DNA of 64,000 nucleotides. It comes from an uncultured virus (IMG/VR IMGVR_UViG_3300047352_000567). Lineage: Duplodnaviria > Heunggongvirae > Uroviricota > Caudoviricetes. Below the pieces are notes generated by a model, which was not told where the DNA came from, did no database searches, and saw nothing but the letters and a program-made list of their open reading frames with translations. Within the stretch, counting starts at the first letter, position 1, and the number at the start of each line of letters is the position of its first letter. The position numbers and the translations under genes are program-made. Below are positions 13,110-23,401 of this stretch, piece by piece. Where the stretch lies: the IMG/VR virus record IMGVR_UViG_3300047352_000567; one strand, given 5' to 3'.

Positions 13110-13456
13110 TAAGTCACTCCTACTGTAATTCCTCCATTAATGTTTACAACACCTTCTATAAGACGTTTAACAATAGAGTTATCGCTTGTATGAATTTCTA
13201 AATCATAAAAATATTGTCCAGCAGTGAGGGCGCCTGAGGTTGTGGCTGGTAGCTCCATTTTTATAATGCCATTCGAGGGAGTAGGAATGGTGCAGGTAAA
13301 GACTGCAGAAGCGCTCGTGGCGCTCTTGCTGCTTTTCATTTTGGCACGGGCAGAAAAATTAGTTAAGTTTTTAACTACTCCGGCTTCCTTAACTTCCAAG
13401 TCAATCACAAAAGTCGATCCTTGGTCAATCACTAGGTCATAATTAGCTGCACTCAT
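13109..13456 (-). CDS. Baseplate/fibre adaptor-like protein (BppU-N-like)
   Basis: YDLVIDQGSTF...YFYDLEI...RLIEG pattern; own promoter upstream. Confidence 0.6.
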   Translation of the reverse strand: MSAANYDLVIDQGSTFVIDLEVKEAGVVKNLTNFSARAKMKSSKSATSASAVFTCTIPTPSNGIIKMELPATTSGALTAGQYFYDLEIHTSDNSIVKRLIEGVVNINGGITVGVT

Positions 13457-13475
13457 TCAAATTCTCCATGGTTAA

Positions 13476-13504
13476 ATTATAACAAAGGCCACCTGCGTAG
13501 TCAA
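13476..13504 (-). promoter_or_regulatory. sigma70 promoter TTGACT-17-TATAAT for the fibre operon
   Basis: ATTATA at 13476 and AGTCAA at 13499 on the + strand. Confidence 0.8.
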
Positions 13505-13522
13505 GAATTATTTTTTATATGG

Positions 13523-13924
13523 TTATGTGGGCGGAGTTGGCCAGTCTTCCTCATTAAGAAGAGGCCAGTTTGTATGTGCCGGCAAATCTCTTAGCGCCTG
13601 TCTGTAAACTCGCCACTCAGCCTTTTTGCTATCTGTAAGTGGAGCATCCGATACTTGGGTCCAGTCTGTAGCCGTTAGTTCAGAATTTCTATCCATTCTA
13701 TTTGTGGAATTAGCTTCTGCACTTGCTACTACGTCTATTTCGTCTTGTGGCTTGCTTGCCAAAGCTCCATTTTTTACCACTTGAGTCTTTATATCGGACA
13801 CGGAACCTTCAAGTACACTTTCTCCTTCCCCACACTTACTAGGTACTAAATGATCATTATCACTACTACAGTGTCCTATTCTTACAATTTCTCCTGTAGC
13901 TTCTTTATATATAATATAGTTCAT
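13523..13924 (-). CDS. Tail fibre assembly chaperone-like protein
   Basis: RNSELTATDWTQVSDAPL...WRVYRQALRDLP...WPTPP motif. Confidence 0.75.
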   Translation of the reverse strand: MNYIIYKEATGEIVRIGHCSSDNDHLVPSKCGEGESVLEGSVSDIKTQVVKNGALASKPQDEIDVVASAEANSTNRMDRNSELTATDWTQVSDAPLTDSKKAEWRVYRQALRDLPAHTNWPLLNEEDWPTPPT

Positions 13925-16900
13925 CGTTTTGTCTCCAGTATCATTACATCTCTATCTTGTAATGTTCCACCTGTTGTTCCACCGACGGTTTTTGCATAAA
14001 CATTTATCTTATTTGCTCCTGTTGTACTAGAGTTAAATTGATGAAAGATTGTTATAGGCCCAGTATGGCCCGCATTAGACGATGACTTCGCAGTATTAAG
14101 AAATTTAGTAGCCACAAGAGTGCCTCCATCACTAGGATTAACTCCCGCTGAAGTTGCTGTCACTGGGGCTGAACTACACCCCTGAGTAATTCTCACAGTG
14201 AAACCCACAGATCTACTACTAAGACTTCTAAGAAACTCAAAACTTATCCATAAGCTACAAACTCCACCAGCAGAAGTAATATCTACAGATCCAACTAGTC
14301 CGTATTGATTAAAGCTTAGAGTATTACCCGAACCCAAAAAAGAGTTATCACTTGAAGTTATTTGATTTGCTCCAATATTATCTGTAACAACTCCTCCACT
14401 TTTAATAACAAGTCGACCGGCTGAGTCTGTCTCAAAAGTAGTTGTACCTAGATTTATTCTCGCAGCATTAAGAGTTCCTGTACTAATATTTGATGCACTT
14501 AAATTTATTATACTTACATTTGCCGCATTAAGGGTTCCTGTAGTAATTTTACCACCACTAATAGAAGTTACATCATTAGCTATTGCACTTTGTACATCAG
14601 ATGCGGCAAAAGTCGTAAACCCGCTGGGATTGGTTGAAGCATATGCTGCAATATCTGTTCTAAAAGAAGCAGCATTTGTTATTTTACCTTCTATAAAAGT
14701 CTGCGTTACATCCGAAGACGAAAGCTTAGAATTTGCAGTTGCCTGAGCAGCAGCAGCATTACTATTTGCAGTATTCGCGGTTGACTGAGCCGCAGCAGCA
14801 TTACTATTTGCAGTATTTGCAGTTGACTGAGCTGCACCAGCATTACTATTTGCAGTATTTGCAGTTGACTGAGCTGCAGCAGCATTACTATTTGCAGTAT
14901 TTGCAGTTGACTGAGCCGCAGCAGCATTACTATTTGCAGTATTTGCAGTTGACTGAGCAGCAGCAGCTGCTGTATCATCTGTAGGAGTATACCCAAGAGC
15001 ACTACTAATTTGAGTACCTGTGATTGTAATATCACCATTAATACTTAGAGTACTACCATTCCATGTGAGACGCTGACCATTAGAATTACCAATACTAAAT
15101 TTATAGGCTGAACCACTATATCCTAAAAAGAACCCTACTCCATTATTAAATGCTGATTGTCCTCCTCTAACGTGTCCCCCTGTTCCTACACTTATACCTT
15201 GAAAAATATCTCCAGATGTATCAAAATTCTGAGCACGATTATTTGCAGTATTTGCAGTTGACTGAGCTGTAGCAGCATTACTATTAGCAGTATTTGCAGT
15301 TGACTGAGCTGTAGCAGCATTACTATTAGCAGTATTTGCAGTTGACTGAGCTGTAGCAGCATTACTATTTGCAGTATTTGCAGTTGACTGAGCTGTAGCA
15401 GCATTACTAGTTGCAGTATTTGCAGTTGACTGAGCTGTAGCAGCATTACTAGTTGCAGTATTTGCAGTTGACTGAGCTGCATCTGCTGCTGTATCATCTG
15501 TAGGAGTATACCCAAGAGCACTGCTAATTTGAGTACCTGTGATTGTAATATTGCCAGCAACACTTAAGCTACTACCATTCCATCTTATATGACTAGCATT
15601 TGTTCCAATATCTAGTTTTGCAGTGCCACCATCATTACCTATAAAGAATCCTGCAGTATTTTGACCAAAAGCAGTTTTACCCTGCCTAATTGCCATTCCA
15701 CTTGAGTTTCCTAAATTTATAACTCCTGTTGTTATTCTTCCGCCATCAATAGTTGTACTACCACTTGACCCTATATCAGATGCTTCTAATGGAGTTTTTG
15801 ATGTGCTGCCATCTGTAAGAGTACCCCCACTAAAGACCACAACTCCCGTAAAACTGGTTTGTTGAACAACATTTGTATAAGCAACAGTAATTGTTGAAGA
15901 ACCCGCACTGGATTCTTGGCCATAATATCGAACTGTCCAAAAAAAGTTATCCGAGGTAGCGTCTTGTGTTCGAGGACTGTTTCTCCAAACATTTGTTGTT
16001 CCAGAATCATTTATGCCAGAGCCTGTAACTACTCCTGTACTAAATGTATAGGTATTTCCGCTTGGTGCTGCTGGCGCCCCTGCTGTTGTTTTCTCATAAA
16101 ATAAATATCCTTGGATTGTCCGTAAGCCATCAGATCCAGGAGATCCATTACTTCCTGCTTTTGACTTTGAGAAAGAAAAAGTTCTTTCAAAAGTTGGACC
16201 ACCATTATTTATTATGATTGGAATTGTAAGAGTTCCCGCATCAACTGTAGAAGACATAGCAGTAATATCAATAAAAGCATCTACTGCAGGCGAGCTTCCT
16301 GTTGTAGTAGTGCTAAAAGTTAGTGCATTTGATGGAGACTGCACTATAGTCCCTAACGAATAGGTATTATCAGCCGGGCTTGCGGAAGAATCAAAGTAAT
16401 ATCGTACATCTGAGTTAAATACTCTTATACCAAAGTCTGCCCCCGCAACAGACGATACTACTCCTTCTGCATTTGCTTGAAAAACATGAGACTCGTTATC
16501 TAAAACCGCACTATAGCCGCCACGAGACTGTGTTGTTACTCCAAACAGCTCGAGATTAAATACGGTACCGCTCTTAGTCACCACACCAAAAATACAGTCT
16601 TCTCCAGTATCCGGTACGAGAGATGTAGTATGAAGACTAACACCTGATGTTGTTCTTGTAAATGGAGTAGTTGTTAGCAGTTTTGTATTACTTGTAATAC
16701 TAGATACTACTCTATACTCTGCTGCCGCTACCTCTGTTCCAGCGGAAGAGTTTGCAGAAATTTTTATTAATTGACCTACAACAAGCTCACTACTAAAACT
16801 GGTTGAAGTCCCATGTACAATATTTGAGCCAAAAGTTGTAGACACAGTTCCTGATGTAGTAGACAAACCGTTGTTAGCAGCTCCAAACTCTTTTAGATAA

Positions 16901-19900
16901 GTAAAATTAATCGTATTACCATCTATATCCTCAACCGTAGAATCTGTATGTTCTACTACTCCTTTCCAAGGATCAGAAGCTGCCGCGCTTCTATCAAAGT
17001 ATAAAAATACTTCGTCAGAGGTGCTAATCGTAGAAAATACTTGTATACGCTGTGCAGATGCTGCGCTTAAGAATGCAACTCGAGAAGAAAAGGGCGGTGT
17101 AAAAGTATAATTTCTTGCATTTATAGTAAACAAGCCTGTTGAGGTATTAAAAGTAAAGGGCGCATCTAACTTTCCCCCTCTTGCCACGCCAAGATTACTT
17201 CCCTCCGACGGAAGTTTACCTGCTATGGATGTTGAAGTAATTTCCCAAGGCGATTTTGCACCTAGTGTATTTACTGTGCGTATTTTAACAAGATAATCGC
17301 CCTCAGATACATTATTTACAGTAAAATTTGTAGAGCCTTTTTCTGCTATTGCAATTGTAGTATTTTCTCTTGCAGTTCCGGTACCTGTTAAATCATGAGC
17401 GATTTCGTATCTTTCGGTAAACCTATAGTTTACAGTACGAGTATTACCTGCAGAATCCACAATGCTTTCTACAGGAGGAGTCCAAGTAATAATTGTATCA
17501 AAAGAAATAGGCTGACCTTCTACTGAAGACGAGGCAGAAGGAACCATTTGAAGAGTTAAACCTGTAGGCGGTGGCACCGGTCTATTTGCTGCAGTATCTG
17601 GAACATATCCTGTTGTGTAAGTAGGAACAGCAGTATCTATTTCATCAAATTTTGTTTCTTCGTACTGAGTAGCAGTTAGATCATATTTACCCCCATCATC
17701 CTCTGTAATAGAAGCAATTCTAAATTTCTTAACATTATCTGCAGTTTCATCGTCAGAAATAACTGCCCAAATATAGTCTTGGAGAGGCGCTTGAGAAAAA
17801 GCACCGTTTACAGTAATCGTAGAAGCTGCAGTGCCTGTATTTGTAATATCTTTCGTTTCAATCCTACTACTTGTAGAAAACTGAACATCAATATGGTTTC
17901 CACTATTATCAAAATAATTTATAGAAGCTGCAGATGTAGGGGGGTTGTTTACAAGATCTAAAAGATTTCCGCTAGCATCACGAGCTTCTGGTAAAAAAGC
18001 ACCACGAGTATAAGTAGGCGCACTGCCTGATCCTATTGTTGCAGGAGTATCTTGTGCTAAATATACACCTCCTCCAGGGAATATTATAACTAACTTACAA
18101 TCAGTTCCAACAGTGCCGCCGGGACCAAAATCAACAGTTCTATCTAATACAATGCTATTTGTACTACTGCCAAACCCTACTCGTCCGCTCGATTCTAAGC
18201 TATAGGCTTCCTTGTCTTGTACATTGATTATGTCGCCAGGACGTAAATATGAAGCATTTATTCCTGTAGTAAAGCTAACAATTTCTGTCTCTTTTGTATC
18301 TGTAGCTATGTGCCAGTCTGCTAGCCTTCTTGCCTGACTTTCTGATGTGCAGCCAAAAGCAACAATATCCTTAGGTACTACTTTTCCTTGTTTTACAATA
18401 TTTCCTGTATCCTCTACAGAAAGAACAGTCTTTTTATAAAACTCATCAGGATTATTCCAAGTTACATTTACTTGATTTATTCGTGCTCGCTGTCCTGTAT
18501 ATGTGTAACTAAAAATGCCCTCTTCTACATTTCCTTGAGTGAACGTATAGAGAGCTTCTTTTGGAGAATCTTGAATAGGAGTAATCAATCCATCAATCCA
18601 GCCAAGCATTCCCCTAAAAGTGCTTGCCAAATCTTTCAAAACTTTATAGGATTCCTCTATCTGAGAAATATAAACATTACAGGTAAATCTAGGTTCTAGC
18701 CCTCCTTTTCCATCAGGCACTAATTCATCACAATATCTTGCAATTCTGAATAAAGCAAACTTATCTATATCAGACTCTTCTAAGAACTCGCCTAAACCAT
18801 ATTCTTTATTTATAAGTATATCATAAAAAATCCATGCAGGATTATTACAATATACTTCTCTAAAATTTACATTAGAAGGAGATAAAGTTTTGTCGCCTCT
18901 AAATGATCCTGTCCAAGAAACATAGCTTCCTGTGTCTACACCAGAGAGGTTTCGAGTATATTTAGCAACCCCTGTATTACTTTCCTCTCTCGTAATATAG
19001 TTAGTAGGAACTTTTATTTTCTTACCGTAAATGTGGTATGCTCTTTGTGGAACATTTTGAAAATCTTCCGCAGAGTAAGATACGTATGCAAGAGCAGATG
19101 TTGGATAACTAAATTTATCCTCTATTATGCAGTCAAAAGAGTCAATGACAGCATTTCCAACAAAAGACTCATCCCCGGCGTACGCAAGCTCACTCTCAGG
19201 ACTTAATCTTCTAACTTCTACAGCCCACGAGCTAAAAGGCTGAAACTGCTTTAAGTCTACCTCAAAGGTTGCTACAAAAGCAGGATTGTTTCCTTGCTTT
19301 CTAATTAGACCAGTATTGCCGCCGGTATCTATCCTTGGTCCGCGCGCAGTGTAACTATAAGAAGCTATTGCTATAGCTCTATAGTTATTTTGTGCCTTTC
19401 CACCTGCAGCAGCTTTTGTCCAGTTAGGGACATTACTTAAAAAGTTACTTCCACCATAATCTTTTCCATGAATTAAAACTGCTTTTTCAGGATCAGAGGG
19501 AGTTACTTTATACTTAACAACAACTTGAAATTCTGCATATGCAGGATTATCGTCTCCTTTTACAGAAACGTGTCTTAATCCCCCAGGAAACTTAATATTT
19601 ACTCGTACTCTATCTATTTCTTCTGCGCTATTTTGTGGGAGATTTAAAGAAGAGGAAGTAAGAGCTCCTGCAGCAGGACTCTGGCTGCCATTTGAGCCTT
19701 GCCCAGTAGTAACTCCAGAGACTAGCTTTAACTGTTGGCCCGATGGAATTATAAAATTTGCTGTCTGCGAGCCGCCTATTGATCTAGCCTCAGCATCGCC
19801 CTCTCTTGTTCCTCTTGAAAAATTAGCAGTTAAATTATCATAAGCTAAGTCAAGGCCAGTATTTTGTACATTATAAATATTGGGTACAACCACGGAAGAA

Positions 19901-20523
19901 AGACGAACGCGAGCAGAAGTTACATTTGTTTCTACAGCAGAGCTTAAGGTTGCTGTATTACCATTAGTAATAGAGCTTATTTTTTGTACTTCATCAATGC
20001 TTACTGTAGCACCAGAGTTAACCGCTGTGTATATTGGAGGAAAAATTGTAGCATTTGTACTTGAATTTACAGTTTGAACTATACCTCTGTACTCTCCTCC
20101 ACTCCTTCCCGCACCGGCTATTCTTATAGTATATTTTGCTGTTGAAGGAAGAATAGCATGATTTCCATTTGTTGGATTAAGCTCGTGCTTGGAAGCAAAA
20201 ATACCAGAAGCAGTACTTATATTACGAGTGCCTACTTTAAGCGCCTGGCTTGTTGTTGTATCACTCGGGCCTGCTCCTACTATTTGTAAATATCTGTCAC
20301 CTTGCGATAAATCAATATTTAAAAATAACCCATTTGCATTTGTAACGGATGTGCCAGAAACTGTTGCAGTTCCTGATTTAGCTGTAGCTGTAGCTTTAGT
20401 TTCATCTAGCAAGGCTACGCCATTAAAAAATATACTGGCATACCCATTTACTAGACCGCCTATTTCACCCGCAGCGACTAAATCTATGAGAGCTGCGTGT
20501 TGGTTTTCATAAATTACTGCCAT
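13921..20523 (-). CDS. Central tail tip / host-specificity protein (lambda J-like), 2200 aa
   Basis: NNPAWIFYDIL, YCDELVPDGKGGLEPRFTCN, GCTSESQARR and LRPGDII motifs; follows L, K and I. Confidence 0.9.
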   Translation of the reverse strand: MAVIYENQHAALIDLVAAGEIGGLVNGYASIFFNGVALLDETKATATAKSGTATVSGTSVTNANGLFLNIDLSQGDRYLQIVGAGPSDTTTSQALKVGTRNISTASGIFASKHELNPTNGNHAILPSTAKYTIRIAGAGRSGGEYRGIVQTVNSSTNATIFPPIYTAVNSGATVSIDEVQKISSITNGNTATLSSAVETNVTSARVRLSSVVVPNIYNVQNTGLDLAYDNLTANFSRGTREGDAEARSIGGSQTANFIIPSGQQLKLVSGVTTGQGSNGSQSPAAGALTSSSLNLPQNSAEEIDRVRVNIKFPGGLRHVSVKGDDNPAYAEFQVVVKYKVTPSDPEKAVLIHGKDYGGSNFLSNVPNWTKAAAGGKAQNNYRAIAIASYSYTARGPRIDTGGNTGLIRKQGNNPAFVATFEVDLKQFQPFSSWAVEVRRLSPESELAYAGDESFVGNAVIDSFDCIIEDKFSYPTSALAYVSYSAEDFQNVPQRAYHIYGKKIKVPTNYITREESNTGVAKYTRNLSGVDTGSYVSWTGSFRGDKTLSPSNVNFREVYCNNPAWIFYDILINKEYGLGEFLEESDIDKFALFRIARYCDELVPDGKGGLEPRFTCNVYISQIEESYKVLKDLASTFRGMLGWIDGLITPIQDSPKEALYTFTQGNVEEGIFSYTYTGQRARINQVNVTWNNPDEFYKKTVLSVEDTGNIVKQGKVVPKDIVAFGCTSESQARRLADWHIATDTKETEIVSFTTGINASYLRPGDIINVQDKEAYSLESSGRVGFGSSTNSIVLDRTVDFGPGGTVGTDCKLVIIFPGGGVYLAQDTPATIGSGSAPTYTRGAFLPEARDASGNLLDLVNNPPTSAASINYFDNSGNHIDVQFSTSSRIETKDITNTGTAASTITVNGAFSQAPLQDYIWAVISDDETADNVKKFRIASITEDDGGKYDLTATQYEETKFDEIDTAVPTYTTGYVPDTAANRPVPPPTGLTLQMVPSASSSVEGQPISFDTIITWTPPVESIVDSAGNTRTVNYRFTERYEIAHDLTGTGTARENTTIAIAEKGSTNFTVNNVSEGDYLVKIRTVNTLGAKSPWEITSTSIAGKLPSEGSNLGVARGGKLDAPFTFNTSTGLFTINARNYTFTPPFSSRVAFLSAASAQRIQVFSTISTSDEVFLYFDRSAAASDPWKGVVEHTDSTVEDIDGNTINFTYLKEFGAANNGLSTTSGTVSTTFGSNIVHGTSTSFSSELVVGQLIKISANSSAGTEVAAAEYRVVSSITSNTKLLTTTPFTRTTSGVSLHTTSLVPDTGEDCIFGVVTKSGTVFNLELFGVTTQSRGGYSAVLDNESHVFQANAEGVVSSVAGADFGIRVFNSDVRYYFDSSASPADNTYSLGTIVQSPSNALTFSTTTTGSSPAVDAFIDITAMSSTVDAGTLTIPIIINNGGPTFERTFSFSKSKAGSNGSPGSDGLRTIQGYLFYEKTTAGAPAAPSGNTYTFSTGVVTGSGINDSGTTNVWRNSPRTQDATSDNFFWTVRYYGQESSAGSSTITVAYTNVVQQTSFTGVVVFSGGTLTDGSTSKTPLEASDIGSSGSTTIDGGRITTGVINLGNSSGMAIRQGKTAFGQNTAGFFIGNDGGTAKLDIGTNASHIRWNGSSLSVAGNITITGTQISSALGYTPTDDTAADAAQSTANTATSNAATAQSTANTATSNAATAQSTANTANSNAATAQSTANTANSNAATAQSTANTANSNAATAQSTANTANNRAQNFDTSGDIFQGISVGTGGHVRGGQSAFNNGVGFFLGYSGSAYKFSIGNSNGQRLTWNGSTLSINGDITITGTQISSALGYTPTDDTAAAAAQSTANTANSNAAAAQSTANTANSNAAAAQSTANTANSNAGAAQSTANTANSNAAAAQSTANTANSNAAAAQATANSKLSSSDVTQTFIEGKITNAASFRTDIAAYASTNPSGFTTFAASDVQSAIANDVTSISGGKITTGTLNAANVSIINLSASNISTGTLNAARINLGTTTFETDSAGRLVIKSGGVVTDNIGANQITSSDNSFLGSGNTLSFNQYGLVGSVDITSAGGVCSLWISFEFLRSLSSRSVGFTVRITQGCSSAPVTATSAGVNPSDGGTLVATKFLNTAKSSSNAGHTGPITIFHQFNSSTTGANKINVYAKTVGGTTGGTLQDRDVMILETKR
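14733..15551. repeat. Two arrays of 42-bp repeats (AQSTANTANSNAAA/T) inside a 519-bp duplication in J
   Basis: Arrays at about 14733-14966 and 15240-15480; flank TGTATCATCTGTAGGAGTATACCCAAGAGC at 14971 and 15490. Confidence 0.9.
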
Positions 20524-21197
20524 ACATTATCTCCGTCATCTTCATCAAAATTAGAACCAGGATCAATTGTAGCATATGAGCCACTATTATTTACATAAGA
20601 AAAACTAATTGGAGCGCCTCCCACTATTAACTCACCATATGCTACAGGAACTGGTAGTCCTTGGGTTATATTATTTGTTGGTCCATTAAAAAGGTAAGAC
20701 TCTGCTGTGCCTTGATCTGTTTCAGGTCCAGGAGCGAGTAATTGAGAAATACCTGTAAGTGCTAAATTTGTTGCGACACCTACTAAGGCTGTTCCTAGTA
20801 CCCCTGATGTTATAGCATAAGTAGTGCTGGCTGCTCCTGTGGCTGAAGTTGCTGTCGTTGAAATTAAATTAAGGCCGCCGGGTACAATAAAAGCAACGGC
20901 AATGATAGCTATAGCTGCAAGTATTTTTGCTCCACCTGATTTTGAGCCAGAAGGAACTTCTGTTATGATAATATCTTCATCTTTTAAAGACAGCAACAGT
21001 TCATTTTCTGACTCTAAAAATTCTGATCCACGCTGTATTTCGTATCCAACATTTGCATCGCCTGCATCAACCAAATGCTGACGAAATCCAGAAGTTTGAC
21101 ATTCTATTAATTTAAATATATCACGAATGTTGTCGCAATCAGTATGCCAAACATCTCCGAACTTTGATATACTTCCATTTAAATAAACTGTTTGCAT
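20514..21197 (-). CDS. Tail assembly protein I-like
   Basis: SYLFNGPTNNITQGLPVPVAYGELIVG motif. Confidence 0.85.
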   Translation of the reverse strand: MQTVYLNGSISKFGDVWHTDCDNIRDIFKLIECQTSGFRQHLVDAGDANVGYEIQRGSEFLESENELLLSLKDEDIIITEVPSGSKSGGAKILAAIAIIAVAFIVPGGLNLISTTATSATGAASTTYAITSGVLGTALVGVATNLALTGISQLLAPGPETDQGTAESYLFNGPTNNITQGLPVPVAYGELIVGGAPISFSYVNNSGSYATIDPGSNFDEDDGDNVWQ

Positions 21198-21883
21198 CTT
21201 ACTATCCTATGAATATGTTTTCCCCACCCTGAATGGAGAGACTCCTTACAAGAGAGCCGATCAATTGCATGATGAATAAAATTATCTTCTCCTACATATA
21301 CTCCGCAGTGGTTTGGAACATGAGAAAATACTTTAAAAATAATTCCATCGCCTATCTCAGGCGTATCTACCTCTTCGAACCCAAAAGCATCAAAAAGATC
21401 GTCAAAATAATTTAACCCTTCATCCCACCAATTATCTTGAAATACAGTTTTTGGAAGAATAAGATTAAAGTTTTCTTTGTAGTAATCTCTAACTAAAGAG
21501 TAACAATCTTGTGAGCCAAACTCATAGTCTCTTCCTAATAAAGGATTATTTATTTTTGGAGGAGTGAATGTATACTTTTCCTCATCTCTTAAAGAGTATA
21601 TAGTATAAGGTATTTGTAGAAAACAGCTAGCTTTTTTATCGCCTGAACTCGGTTCACAAGAAGAATCAACATGGCTATGTATTATTGAGTGTATTGTACC
21701 TACTAGACTCGCCTCGATATACTCTTTCGGATCAATTACGAAATCTTCTTCAGGGTCATCTGCTATATTAGTACAAAACTTCCATACTAACTTTCCTTTT
21801 TTATTTATTAAAAGACCACAGCCCTCCTCTGGATAAACGCTGAGTAAGTCTTTTACTATTTCACTATCGTCGCTGTCGAACAC
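21179..21883 (-). CDS. Tail assembly protein K-like (JAB + NlpC/P60)
   Basis: YPEEGCG, HSH, DCYSLVRDYY and NHCGVY motifs; start placed at GTG 21883 behind GGAGGA. Confidence 0.85.
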   Translation of the reverse strand: MFDSDDSEIVKDLLSVYPEEGCGLLINKKGKLVWKFCTNIADDPEEDFVIDPKEYIEASLVGTIHSIIHSHVDSSCEPSSGDKKASCFLQIPYTIYSLRDEEKYTFTPPKINNPLLGRDYEFGSQDCYSLVRDYYKENFNLILPKTVFQDNWWDEGLNYFDDLFDAFGFEEVDTPEIGDGIIFKVFSHVPNHCGVYVGEDNFIHHAIDRLSCKESLHSGWGKHIHRIVRCKQFI

Positions 21884-23027
21884 CGGGAAATCCTCCAAAG
21901 GGAAGTGCAATATTAGAATTTGTTTCTACGGCTATACCCGCTGTTATAGAACTATGCTCTTTTGCATGAAATCGTAAAGAGCAAGACTTAATTTTTTTAC
22001 CACAAATATCACCTTCTGTCCAAAAAACACCCTCTTGTACAGTATCATGGCTTCCACCAACCTGAGTAAACTTTGCTACTTGCCAAAGCTTTCCAGATTT
22101 AAGAACATAACTATTACATCTAGAGTCTGTATATCCATAATATGTTGTAGATGCTGAGTAATTCTGAAATACTCGCACACGCCTCCAAAGAGAAGGAGCT
22201 GTATCGGAAGGAGTAGCAGTTGTTGCTGCTAAAGCCTGCCAATACGCTACAACAGTTTCAGCAGACTGTCCATTTTTATTTAATTGTGTTTTTGACTCAC
22301 TTGTACGATAATAATTACCTTTCGTTGCGTTCGTGGCTCCAGCAGTAAATACAGTAAAACTAATCGAAGAAGAAACTATGTATTCATCAAATTTATTCAT
22401 AAAAACATTTGATGTATCAGTTGCTATGATAGTTTCATCCCAGCTACATCCACCTATTTTATTTACTTCTGATACAGATGCAGCAGCTCCTTTATACTTA
22501 AAAGGACAAGCTCCTCCAACAATTACTCTTCTGGGAAGTGTTATTCCTGCTAAGTCAAATGGTGCTGCTAACTCAAAAGTTATGCTCGCCACTGTTTTAC
22601 TTTGTACTCTATCAATAATATATACTATTTTTGGAAACTCGACTGGAGGATTACCCGAACCAGAATCTCCTGTTCCTCCAACTAAATACTTTTCTAAAGT
22701 TGTTCTTCTAGTAAGTCTTTTTCCTATTAAATCTTGATGAGATAGGCCTCCAATTGCATCCGTAAATACTGTGCCCAAGTTACCAACGGATAAAGTAGGA
22801 CGAGAATATGAACCATCAGAACTTATATCAAATCCTTCAGCCTGCATGGGTATTGCAGTGTAGGTAACAATATTTCCTGAAGAGTCTCGAAACTCTATAT
22901 CCGTTAAATCTTCATCCACTCCTGCATAAAATCTCGCAAAAGAGCCAGAAGAATACTCTAGCTCATAAAGAAACACATAGCCAGAAGAAATTGTCTGTTT
23001 TTGTACATCTTTTACTAAATCACTCAT
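21864..23027 (-). CDS. Minor tail protein L-like
   Basis: FELAAPFDL, CPFKYKG, DICGKKIKSCSLRF and LPFGGFPG motifs. Confidence 0.9.
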   Translation of the reverse strand: MSDLVKDVQKQTISSGYVFLYELEYSSGSFARFYAGVDEDLTDIEFRDSSGNIVTYTAIPMQAEGFDISSDGSYSRPTLSVGNLGTVFTDAIGGLSHQDLIGKRLTRRTTLEKYLVGGTGDSGSGNPPVEFPKIVYIIDRVQSKTVASITFELAAPFDLAGITLPRRVIVGGACPFKYKGAAASVSEVNKIGGCSWDETIIATDTSNVFMNKFDEYIVSSSISFTVFTAGATNATKGNYYRTSESKTQLNKNGQSAETVVAYWQALAATTATPSDTAPSLWRRVRVFQNYSASTTYYGYTDSRCNSYVLKSGKLWQVAKFTQVGGSHDTVQEGVFWTEGDICGKKIKSCSLRFHAKEHSSITAGIAVETNSNIALPFGGFPGVRQRR

Positions 23028-23401
23028 GCTTCATAAATCCGTCTAAAAGTTGCTGTACAGGTATAGAAATCATCATACTCATAAGTCTGACTATAAGTAT
23101 CACAGACAACTTTTATAGTTTTTTCAGAGCTACCGCCAACATTGCTATCTGGAATCGTAAAGTTAAAGGATGTAACTCCTGCTTTATTATCCAAAAATGC
23201 AATGATATCATCTATCTCTTCTTTTGTTCTATTTCTAAAAGTCAGTTTATAGTCTTCGGCAAGGTTATTTATCCCGTTCACAGCTCTCTGCTCATAGCCA
23301 TCGCCAAAAGAAATTCTATGAACACGAGGTTTAGAGGATTTTGTAAATCCTTTATCTGGTATTCGTTGAGTATTTGTTAAGTCTGTAAATCCAAGTGCCA
23401 T
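23024..23401 (-). CDS. Minor tail protein M-like (distal tail)
   Basis: FGDGYEQRAVNGIN...ATFRRIYE. Confidence 0.85.
   Translation of the reverse strand: MALGFTDLTNTQRIPDKGFTKSSKPRVHRISFGDGYEQRAVNGINNLAEDYKLTFRNRTKEEIDDIIAFLDNKAGVTSFNFTIPDSNVGGSSEKTIKVVCDTYSQTYEYDDFYTCTATFRRIYEA

Noticed and set aside
14706..15563. Gln/Leu/Tyr-repeat ORFs in alternative frames
   Set aside because: Off-frame readings of the 42-bp repeats inside J
1..20523. Diversity-generating retroelement suggested by Mtd-like N-termini and duplicated blocks
   Set aside because: No reverse transcriptase in the window; duplications are in-frame and tandem, and no adenine-specific TR/VR pair was seen
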